From assembly GCF_036321535.1 (NCBI RefSeq), contig NC_087437.1, positions 99,264,001 through 99,328,000 on the forward strand: DNA of 64,000 bases. The letters are read 5' to 3'. Positions 53,245 through 64,000 of the stretch are shown piece by piece; within the stretch, counting starts at the first letter, position 1; each line of letters starts with the position of its first letter. Under the pieces are notes generated by a model. That model searched no databases. It had not been told where the DNA came from and worked only from the letters and a program-made list of their open reading frames with translations. The DNA comes from Camelus dromedarius. Lineage: Eukaryota. The translations under genes were made by a program, and so were the position numbers.

Positions 53245-53440
53245 TAGCAGTGTGAGCTCTGTATCCAGACAGCTGATTCAGATCTTGGTTTTGCCACTGA
53301 CTAGCTGTGCTCTTGACCAACTTACTTGAACTCTCTGCAGCTAGATTTTGGGCGATAATGTTACCTTTTCTTCTAGGATTGTTTTGAGGACTAAAAGACA
53401 ATACAGACTGTGACCTAACATACAATAAGTGGTTCATAAA
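53245..53440 (+). mobile_element. MIR SINE
   Basis: 'tttgccactgactagctgtgctcttgaccaacttacttgaactctctg...ggattgttttgaggactaaa'. Confidence 0.75.
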
Positions 53441-55744
53441 CTGTTGTGGATGTCTGTATTGTTATTATGCGGTAGAGGAAGTTGATACAACCTGTGTTCA
53501 TCCCTTACGGTGCCTTCTTTCTGCTCCCATGATTGATGCTGCTGCTTTGTTGAAATGCCTGTGTCCTTCTCAATCTCTTCTACAAAGAGCATACTTTCTT
53601 CTCTTTGCTGATACCTATATTTCAATAGGAATCAACACCTGAAACTAAGAACACATTCAGATCTCCTCACATTGAATCACACTTCTTGTTCTAACCAAAC
53701 ATCATTTTTATCCCATTTTCTTGTCCTTCTAGTCGTAAAATGGCAACTTTTCTCTTTGTATCTGCTTCCTGCCAATGCATTCATTCAAGGGCTTTTTTTC
53801 AGGTTCCTCTTCTATACTTAGCAGTTCCAGAACTATCAGATTATTTCCTTATCTCAACACACTTCCCAATTTGGAAAAGAATTCTCATTTTTATTAATGC
53901 TACTTCATGGACCTTATTTTTATAAGACTTTATTTTGATGGATCTTCTCTAGATTTAGTTGAGATTTTTACTTCCTTTTTAACCTGTGAAGACAAGATTG
54001 AGGTTCATCTAAATTACAGGAGGGTGGAGCATGGCTTAGAACATCAAGTCTTAGATTGGGCTGGGAGTTCTGTAAACAACGTACGCCCTCTGTTCACTGG
54101 AAAAAGCCATTTGGGAAACCATTGCCCCCTTCTTCCTCAGCAGCTTTCTCCATCACCAGCGTGGTCAGTGTCTTTTCAGCCCTATTTTGATTATGCGTAA
54201 AACAAATCTAAAAAGTGCTTTGGAAGGGAAGTCAAGGTTTGCAAGGTTTTCTTGATATTAGACTAAATTTGAGAATGATCTAGGATTTTAAAAATCAAAG
54301 TATATTACAAAAACAAACAAACAAAATTCCATGATGGATTCATTGTTGATTTTATCTATTTATTGGCAAGGTCGATTGGAATTGAAGCATTATGAGTCAT
54401 ATTAATATTATATAAAATAATGAGATATTAAGATACAATTTGTTTGTTTTTATTATTTTATAGAAGTAGTTTGTACTCCCCATACTCTTTCAATAAAACT
54501 AGGAAATCCAGGACATCTTGAATAAATCAAGAAAGTTGTATTAAAATTATTAATTCACCTGAACTGAGTTTTCAATAAGCTTTAATTTTACTTAGTGAAA
54601 GTAAATTTTCTTTATCTGTGCTTTTCAAAAATGAATAGCAATCTAGGATTGGGTAGACCCAAGGCTCTTTGGTCTTATACTATATCTGAATATTATAATT
54701 CCTTTTTTATTTCAAACTAGTTAAATCATCATTTGAAACAGAGTTACAATATGAGCTATACACAATTATAGGTATTATGCGCCAAAAACAGAAAGAACCC
54801 ATTACCTTAAATAGGGTGAAATTATGAGAGGAGAGGCAAAAGAAATAAAATAGCCTGTCTAGAGGCCCTTTTTAGACTGCAACACTCTTCCGCTTGAAAC
54901 TTGTTGTAGGTAAATAAAATCAGTTCTTACTGAATAATAATATATGCAATTTATTTTCATTACAAAGGGTTTTTATTGTATCTGAAGAATTCCACAAAAG
55001 GCCATTAAAAATCCATTATAGTGTTTTTAGTTACTGATCTGCTCTGCTTCCCAAACCATGGTTATTTCTGTAGTATTAAACTTATGTGCATTTCTATTTC
55101 TTGCCCGGTCCAAATTCTGTATACTTACAAATAATTACTTGAGAGGGTTTTTTTGTTGCCTTGTTGGACATTTCTTAAAAGCATAATATAATTTATTTGA
55201 GCAAAATATGCTACTGCTCTTTAGGAAAAGTACTCTTATGTAAAAACTCAATTTAAACCTGAATGAAAGGTAAGTTATTATTTGCAGTAACTGAAAGAGA
55301 CTTACGTTTCCAAAAGGAAAGGCTCATAGAGCATTAGTCATTGAGTTTGATAACATTACCAACTATCGCTGGGAAAGTGAGTTCTCTTTGCCATGCTCAG
55401 GTTTCACGGCTTCCCAAGGTGTCCCTACTCTTCCCCTTGGAATTCATGATCCCAGCCTCAGCTTGCATTTTTACTTATTTTAGAAGTCATTTTTTTCTCA
55501 CGAGTCCCTCTTCCATCCAGCCTCATCTTTCCCCTTGTTTGTGATTTTTTACCTTTACTTATACTTTTACTTTCAAGTAAATACCCTTTATTTGCTCCAA
55601 ATACCTTTCCTGCAGCTCCAATTTTTCTCCTGTCCTAAAGGTCCATTAAAATTCTCTCTTCTCTCTAAAACCTTGTCTGAATCTTTTTCTTTACACATCT
55701 GCTGTCTTGAACTAACGTATCTTTGAGTAGGGCAGAAAGGGAGT

Positions 55745-55905
55745 GTACATCTGTTGAATGAGCATAGTTTTCCATGGATTTTGCTAGGTGTTCTGCACTG
55801 TCTATCTCATTTACTTCACATGGCAACCGGGGAATGAGGAACTACTGAGCTTGTTGCACAGGTGAAGAAACTGGGGCATAGTGAATTTAAGTAATTTTCC
55901 CAAAC
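55745..55905 (-). mobile_element. MIR fragment
   Basis: 'atctcatttacttcacatggcaacc...caggtgaagaaactggggcatagtgaatttaagtaattttccc'. Confidence 0.7.
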
Positions 55906-58900
55906 TCTTTCTCTGTTTTGCATCAAAATCTGCATTTTTTACTCTCAGGTGTCTTTCCCTATATGTGCATCTATTTTGTTTTTTCATTGTTCTTACAGCA
56001 AGGAGTGTATAATGAGAATTTTCATCTGCTTGATAGCTGTCACATAGCTGACCACATAACAGGACTCAGTTCTGCATTTAAGTCCTTATATAACTGAGAT
56101 GCAATGTTGTCTTTTATAGTGTTTTCCATTTTCATTCATTTTAAATGATGTATACATTTATAATTAGGAATGGTATATTTTTCCCTGTAGGCAAAAAAAA
56201 AAAAATATGAGTAATAAAAGCTCTTTCAGAAAATCCTGCTACACTATTTTCAAGCTGGTCATGAACATAAAAATTTTAGGGGGAAAAATATCTTCAAAAA
56301 AGTACTTCAAAAAAGCATGCCTAACTTTGAACTAAACTTAGGCATGCTTAAGAAAGTCAGTGTTTAATACATTACATTGAATTTGGTATTTAAAAAGCAA
56401 TTTTTTTTTAATTTAAATGAAATAGCATGTCTGAAGGTAGTTTCAAGACCCAGGCTGCTCTTGTGTAGAGGGAGCAAATTGCAAAGAAAGTCTTTACTGA
56501 ACTCATAAATACCAAGGTAACTTGTAGAATTACTGACAGGCAACTCAGAAGCTGCTCCATAAATATTATCCACCTATTGTTTATCATTTTATTCTAAGCC
56601 AGGCTCCTAAATAACTAAAAAAAAAAAAAAAAGCTTTAGGAGATTGGATAACAGTTCTTCACAAGGTCAGCATAAATCTCTTTCTGAAAAGCCTTATGAG
56701 ACAAGCAAGAGCCATCCAATATTACTTATGCTAAATGAAAAAATTTATGCTGGTTCTTTTGTCAACCATTACATATTAATTGTGTAGAAAAATTAAAACA
56801 AAGTAGAAAGCTTGGTTCTTGGTCTAATGAGATTTGCCCTATAACAAAGGAGATCAGGCATTGGCTTAAACAAACAGAGATATACATACTTGACATCTCA
56901 AGACAGCACACTGTAACTGCCTAGGGAGGCGGGGGATGGTTCAGTTGAGACCGCCATAGTCTAGGATGACCAGAGAAGTTGTTACCAAAGAAGTACAATT
57001 TGAGAGGAGCCTTCAGAGAGGGGCAGGATTTTGTGAGATGGAAAGCAGGTGACACGACAATTTGGATGAGAAGAAGATTGAAAATCAAATTGCAGGAGTG
57101 CCTTAGAATGAACAAAATAAAAGCTTTGTTCAAATAACAAAATTTTATTGTTTATTTAGTTTTTTACTTTGCATGTATCAGTTGACAACTGTTTTTGACC
57201 AGTTCAGAATGCACTGTGTTAATATCTCTGCACTTCTAGCAGTTGTAAGGTATAACCTTTGAATTCTTAGACACAAGTGACCCATTCCTTTGAGGGTCTG
57301 ACCACTCAAAGGGATCCACTGATCTTAGCTGCTAGATGGCTGATCACTTTGCTCACTATGATACAATATCCTACCAAACTATGTCCTAATAGCATCAAAA
57401 CCTTTAACTTCTTGAGAAGCTAAACTAGGAGTGTTACGGCTTCCTTCTACACATTCTCCAGCTGTGCCCAAACAGCTTGATTTCTCATCTATTTCATGGT
57501 GAAACAGAAATATTCTCAGACATTCTTTTTTTTCTTTGAGCTACTAAGATTTTGGCTTGCCTTTTTATTGGTCATTTCCTGAAAGTATTGGACTATTTGA
57601 CTATCCTAAATCACTTTTCTTAGCACCAGCACATCCTGAAAATGGTCTAGGGCCTCTCCTTTGATTATCAGTAAGGGTCACCTTTAGGGGAGTCAAAGAA
57701 GAGACCAGATTGAAACAGGAATCCGCCAAGTTCCCTGTTGAATGGTTTTAATTCACACACCCACATGGCTACATCCAACAGAGGTGACCTGAATTTTCTC
57801 CTTTGATGTCGCATACCATGAATTCCCAAAGAAGGTCAGGAACAAAGAGGGCATTTTAAAGCTTTTTTTTTTTTTTCCCCCTAACATTGCCCTAGCAGAT
57901 ACCGACTGGTTGTGTCCCAGGAACGTGCCCCTGATTTTAGAATCATAAACATCAGTAGGACTGAAATGCTTGTAGAGAGATACAGTGACTTTGATATCTC
58001 TTGGGTGGTCAAAACACAGCATGTGTGATATTTTTACAAACTCTGGTTCACAAAGCACGTAGTTCTAGAGCATTTTGTTTTCATTATGTTCGTGTCAATG
58101 GAAACAGTTGTGCTTCCTGATGTCTTACTGAGATGGCCTTTTTGGAAATTTTAGGCTATTTTCCCAAGGATACTGCATGTTGCCTGACCCTTATTCCTGA
58201 GGAAGTAAGTAGGACCTGTGCTGACCTATTGTGGATAATGTACTTTCTCTAAGAATGGCAGAAGGAAAAACATCAAACTAGGATGCTCTCCAGAAATAAT
58301 AATGGAGAATCTCATCCTGTTTTGTAAATTCTTTGTACTTTGCTCTCTGTGTGTTTTGTGGGAAGGTTATTTTTAAAGGGCCGTTATACTATGAAAAATA
58401 CAATATTGTATCAAATCTGTTTTAGAGTTAAGGAAGGTGAATAAGACTTATTATTAACAAGTTTATACAATTGACATGAGTACACCTATAGGAAGTTTTT
58501 GAATGAGTGTTAATTCTAAATTTACAAGGTGACATTTCTTCTCTCCAGCAGCTTTATTTAGACTGTTCGTGGTGATACGAAGAGAGGAATGAATAGCAAT
58601 ACTGAAACAGTGCTCAACTTGAAGAAAATATTCTGGAAATCAGGTAAAAATTATACAAATAACTTTAGGAATGCATATTCCCTTTATAAAAGAAACTACT
58701 TTCTTTATCAACGGTGCTCTACAGATTCCTTCAAGAACTGTATTTACTATCAAATTTAATAAATAATTTGTTTACAAACATTACATTGTATCCATCTAAT
58801 ATTTCATTTCTTTATGAAGAACAGAATGTTTTACTAAAGCATGCATTCATACATTAATTTGTTAATTTAGTAAAGTTATATTATAATATAATCTACCTGT

Positions 58901-61230
58901 ATGGAAATATTTTAAAGAAAATAGAGAACATATGCCTATTTGATTTGACTTGTTATAATTCTAAACAATGGAGAGAGGATTAGGTTAAATAAGTTTAGTA
59001 TCTCTTTTTAACATAACTCATTTTTATCAGATACTACATGCACACATACATAAAATGCATTTAAAATTAAAGGTTAAAAATCTAAAGAAATAAATCATTT
59101 GGTACCAGTGAAGGAGGGAAATCACTTTCAACTTCTTTCATTTTTATTTTGCTTCTGTATTTTTAAATAATGTGCATAGGGCTGTCTCATGATCTCTCAG
59201 CTCAGATCTTATTAACTTTTTATTGCTAAAGATGAAGATTTAAGCTTTCTTAAAACTACAATTTTTTTTTACTCTAATTATCTATTCCAGCTACATTACC
59301 ATTTTAGTTTGTCTATACCTGGGTTTTTAATTATGAAGACTGTACACATAGTGTTTACTTCTGAGCCTGATGATGTAATATAATTATATTCCCTTTATTG
59401 TAGAATTTTTGTTTTCCCTTTAATTAATAAGTGCTTCATTTATTTTTTTCTTTTATCGCCCGATTCCTCCTCCTCCTCGCCTTCTGTTTCCCTCTATCCC
59501 TCCCTCCATCTTTCCTCACTTACTTTCTTCCTTACGTTTTTGGCTGTCTCCTCCAAAGCTCCAAAATCTTTTATCAAAATGCTTCTCTAATCATTTCCTA
59601 CATAGGCAATTTGGTCAGATAACTTACAGCTTTAAAGAGTTTTTTTTCGTATTTTTTTTTCCTTGAATAAATCCTTCCTGGACCTTCTCTTCTCCCACTT
59701 TTATCTTGTCTGGTTGCCCTCTAAAGCATCCTACAAAAAGATGTCATTCAGGGATTTTTTTGGCTGTCATGCTGGAAATTTATCTTTCCATTTTATGAAT
59801 GTATGTTCTGGTAATGTTTTGAGAGAGGTTCCACAGGTGATAAATATTTTACAAACTTGGACGTTGAGAAATGTCGTTTTTCTACTTGGTACTTGATTGA
59901 CTCTTTGGCTGGGAATAGAATTATAGATTTAAAATAATTTTCACTTAGAATTTTAAAAGCATTTTTTCATTACCTTCTAGCTTCTGATGTTGTTCTGATG
60001 TTGTTGAGAAGACCAATGTCATTTTGATCCTGATAGTTTATATTTCACCCATTTTTCTCACTAATAGACTTTTGCGATCTTCTCTTTATTTCTGGTGCTA
60101 TAGATTTTTATCAGAATATGTCTTAGTGTGGGTCTTTATTCATCCCTTATCTTGGGACATTCAATAGATCCTTTCAATCAGAAGACTCACATTGTCATGA
60201 GAAATTTCCTTTTATTATGTCCTTAATAGTTTCTTTACTAACATCTTCTCTAATCTCCATTTTGAGTTAATATTTGTGAGTGTCCACTGACTATCTACTT
60301 TTAAAAAGTTTTTTTCTCTCCTCTATGTACTTGTTTGTCTTTTTCAGTGTACTCTTCATTATCTTTTAAGACTTTTACTAAATTTTTAATTGTGTTGCTC
60401 ATAGATTAAATTAATAATTATACTTCTTATTCTTTGCTTGTTTCTCTTATTTTTTATTGCACACTGTTTTGATTCACCAAGGCAATATCCTTTTTCATAT
60501 TTGGGGGCATTATTTATTATTTCTTTGAAATTTTATTCTTCTCGTTGCATATTCACTACTTCTCTGAGTTCCTTCATTCCTTTCACTTATTTTGTTTTCT
60601 GTTTTTTCCTTGATGGATTCCCAGTGATAATCCTTGAATTTTTAATCATATTTTTGGAAGTGGCACTGGAAACCTAATTGGAATTTTGTGCACAGGAGTA
60701 ATGCTTGTCAGCAGGTAGACTTCACTTTTGATCCATTGGGTTGGTAGTTGGCTTGTTTGGTGGGCAAGATACTTTAACAATAGTATCTGAGGTTATTTTT
60801 CTCTGTTGTAATTATTTACTCAAAAGAAGAATTTTTAATCTTTTTTTTTTTTTTTTTGAGGCTATAGACACCCTGGGGCTTAGCTAGAGAAGATAGGGGT
60901 ATCATAGTTCTTTGTGTACTTGGACATTCATGTAACTTTTCATTTTTTGATACCATGTCTCTTTGCTGACTTTTGCATTATAGATTGGAGTCATTCTAGT
61001 TCAGTTTCTTCAGACACCATTTCTTTTCTTTAAAAGTGAGAAGAGTTAGTTCTTTGATTCCTTTATAGTAGATGTGTGATCATAGATAGGTGTCTGTCTA
61101 ACTGCTCCTCTTACAGTTTTTCAATCTTTCTTTTCAACTTCTGGCTTCCATTCCACCCTTGGCAATACCTGGATGTTCCAATGTCTGAGTTTTTGTTATA
61201 TATTACTATATGAGTATATTTGTTAATTTG

Positions 61231-61359
61231 TTTTTTATTTTATTTTGGAGGAAGTTAATAGGATTATTTATTTATTTATTTTTAGAGGAGGGACTGGGGA
61301 TGGAACACAGGACCTCATGCATGCTAAGCACAAGCTCCACCACTGAGCTCTACCTTCCC
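61231..61359 (-). mobile_element. tRNA-Ala-derived SINE (Vic-1-like), full length with A-rich tail
   Basis: Minus strand GGGAAGGTAGAGCTCAGTGGTGGAGCTTGTGCTTAGCATGCATGAGGTCCTGTGTTCCATCCCCAGTCCCTCCTCT, then (AAAT)n, CCTATTAACTTCCTCC and an A-rich tail. Confidence 0.9.
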
Positions 61360-61513
61360 TGCCTGTTATTTGTAATTAAGATCTGCTTTTTACATTTAGT
61401 TTGTCTTTCTTCCACTCTATTAAATCAAATGCCACTATTCCACCCACTTTCTGCCTTTATACATTGACATTTAGAGTTATAATAGTCTCTAGTTTTAGAA
61501 ATATTTGGTTTTG

Positions 61514-62006
61514 TGTGGTAGACTGTGATGGCTTCCAAAAAATATGTCCTTGTCCTCATTTCAGAATCTGTGAATGTTACCTTATTGAAAAAAGGATCTT
61601 GCAGATATAATTTAAGTTAAGGATTTTGAGATGAGGAGGCTATTCTGGATTATCCACGTAGTCCTTAAGTGTTATCACAAGTGTTCTCATAAGAGGGGGC
61701 AGTGGGGGATTTGACACACACAGTGGAAAAGGAGATATGGAGGTGGCGGCAGAGATTGGAGGGATGTGGCTGTAAGCCAAGGAATGTCAAGAAATACAGA
61801 AGCCACAAGAAGCTAGAAGAAGCAAAGAATAGATTCTTATGCAGAACTTGCAGAGAGAGCGTGGCCCTGTCAAAAAGCTTGATTTCAGCCCAGTGAAATG
61901 AATGTTGAAATTCTGGCCTCCAGAACTGTAAGAAAATAAATTTCTATTGTTTGTAAGTCACCAGATTTGTAGGAATTTGTTACAGCAGTCACAGGAAAAA
62001 AGCATA
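61514..62006 (+). mobile_element. MaLR solo LTR (MLT1C/D-like)
   Basis: 'gaatctgtgaatgttacctta...gcagagattggagggatgtggc...ctggcctccagaactgtaagaaaataaatttct'; flanks TTTTG and ATTTG fit a 5-bp TSD at 4/5. Confidence 0.92.
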
Positions 62007-62309
62007 ATTTGTATTAGAGTTTCTTTTTCTCCTTCATGTCTTGTGATGATTATTGAAAGAAGAAAGAGATAGGAAGATATTTATTTCACTTTCTTGAAAC
62101 TTTTAATTCTTTAAGAGAGTTTTACTTCTCATAATTCTGTTCTTGCCAGGAAGAGTATGCCCACTTTCAGAAATATTGCAGCTTTCTCACATGTGGGATT
62201 TTAACAGCATAATTTATTCCTCTCCTCTTATGACATAGGATCTTCTGTCAAATAGATCTTCCTTTGTTTTCCTTTCCTTTCCTTTTTATCCCATTCCTTT
62301 TCCAATAAT

Positions 62310-63400
62310 CTACTGATTATTTACTTAGTGTTGGGCATTGTGGTAAGCTTTGGGAATATAAAACCAATAAAGTAGTTTCATTGCTCTCCATGAGCTCACC
62401 ATCTATTGGCATACAAAAGGAACAAAACCAACATTTATTTAGTGCAACACATAAAACCAAAAACAGAAATAAAAATTTAACAACTAAAATCTGATACTGA
62501 AAGTGCTAAATTAGGTATATGAGCAAAATGCTGTGGTCTCAGAGACACATGGAGAATAGCTCTGCTTGACAGAGACTGAAAGAATTTGTGAAGTAGTACT
62601 TGAGCAGGGTCTTAGGAGATGAATTGGAGATTTTTGAAGAACTAAATAAGGAAAAGTCATTTTGTAAAAAGAACTGCCTCTGCATAAGGCACACACATGT
62701 TAAAGAGCATGGACTGCTTTGTATGGCAAGACGGTTAATATGCCTGGAGCGTAGATTAAGGGTGGGAAAGTATAGGGTCACGTGACTATAAAGTTTGGAG
62801 TCAGATTATGATGAATATATTTTTCCTGTGTAAAGGAGTTTAGATTTTTATTATTTGGAAACGGAGAAAAAAATGGGCCTTAAGCAGGGAATTGGCATGG
62901 CCCATTAGGAAGAGAACTCTGGCAGCACTTTGATTATCAAAATGATGAAGAGACGCTAGGAGATCAGTTAGGGGTCTCTTTTAAGAGACCAAGTGAACTC
63001 TAAATGACCAGAGTCAAAGCAGAGTTAATGGGACAAAGATGAGAGAATAGAATGAGAAGATACTTATGAAACAAAAATGGCAGAGTAATGGAATTCTACC
63101 CATACATGGAAGTGCTAAGTGCAACGCTAGCAGTCCCAGAGTGCAGTTGGACACTGGGGGAGAGGGATCCAGTTGTGTCTGGGCAGGGGCAGAGGAGATG
63201 ACACCTCAGCTGAGTCTTAAGGAACACATTATTTGAAAAAGAAGAGGAACAGTGAAACAGACTGGCAGCAAGGTTCTCCAAACACTGGAGATGTTCTGAA
63301 AAAAGGCATACATGTAAGAAACAGATTTGCTGTTGGATAAGCTCTAAGTGGTATGCAAGTTGTGTATAAAGTCTAGTGGAATGTGAGGTATAAAAGAACC
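62310..63400 (-). mobile_element. L2 fragments
   Basis: 'gtgttgggcattgtggtaagctttgggaatataaa', 'gagtttagatttttattatttgg', 'gatgacacctcagctgagtcttaagg'. Confidence 0.7.
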
Positions 63401-64000
63401 AGTCAGTGGAAACCTCTGGTTAATTCTCCTCATCCTTTTTTTCCCTAAATGTTTATTTTCACAATTCTATGAATCTTTATGCCTGGAACAGTCTTTGGTC
63501 CACGCTCATACTTTCTTCCTTCTAAAATATAGTCAGAGCTTCTGTCTTTAAGGATAACCATCCCAATTTCATGTTGAGAGAAATTTGTATAGATTTGTAT
63601 CATTAAAATTTTATACAACTGTTTTATCCTTTTGTAATACACAGTTTATTAATTCAATATATATTTAGCCAGTAAAAAGGAACATTCAAGACTGTCCATG
63701 GCTTCCATTGGAATTGAACACACTAACACGTTCTCTTGTTTGACAAGTATTAAAAAAAAAGACAACACCTCATATCAAGTCTCATAGTTCTCTGTATTTA
63801 CAAGTATCCTGCCGCATTTGACTATTTATTCTTGAGCTCTGTTTTCTGAAAAAAATATCAAGGAAAGAATAAACTTTATAATGTGTAATCTGTATAATAT
63901 ATTCCAAAGTGCTTTAGTTCAGACATTTACATAACTTTTTGAGCTCATATCATAGTTAGAATCAATTTCTTTTTGTTAAAAGCTTCAAAGTTAATTAATT

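Larger units (their letters stand above)
59200..62105 (-). mobile_element. HAL1-like/L1 ORF1 fragment hosting SINE and MLT1 insertions
   Basis: 'ctttggctgggaatagaattatag...cttctagcttctgatgttg...gagaagaccaatgtcattttgatcc' and 'ccacccttggcaatacctggatgttccaatgtctgag'. Confidence 0.7.

Noticed and set aside
57753..58058. 101-aa minus-strand ORF
   Set aside because: Non-ATG start, crosses a homopolymer, no homology recognised
61285..61359. Functional tRNA-Ala gene
   Set aside because: Mutated A and B boxes and a SINE tail
1..64000. A novel multi-gene system or CpG-island promoter
   Set aside because: No long ORFs, no consistent coding exon chain and no CpG island; content fits ordinary mammalian non-coding DNA

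Overview
AT-rich, CpG-depleted mammalian DNA, intronic or intergenic. It is probably from a camelid: two tRNA-Ala-derived SINEs resemble Vic-1, and I saw no Alu, B1/B2, BovB/Bov-tA, SINEC or PRE1. I cannot support any intact protein-coding gene, RNA gene, CpG island or CRISPR array. The ORF track is explained by decayed repeats and chance. Much of the window is old interspersed repeats (L1/HAL1, L2, MIR, MLT1/LTR16/MER21/ERV1 solo LTRs, hAT MITEs, one Tigger), often nested. The most notable items are a MER82-like Tigger retaining a long transposase remnant, a tailless SINE with a 21-bp TSD, candidate regulatory motif clusters and a few weak exon candidates. I found no convincing novel biological system. 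Repeat subfamily names come from recalled consensus similarity, and boundaries are approximate unless stated.
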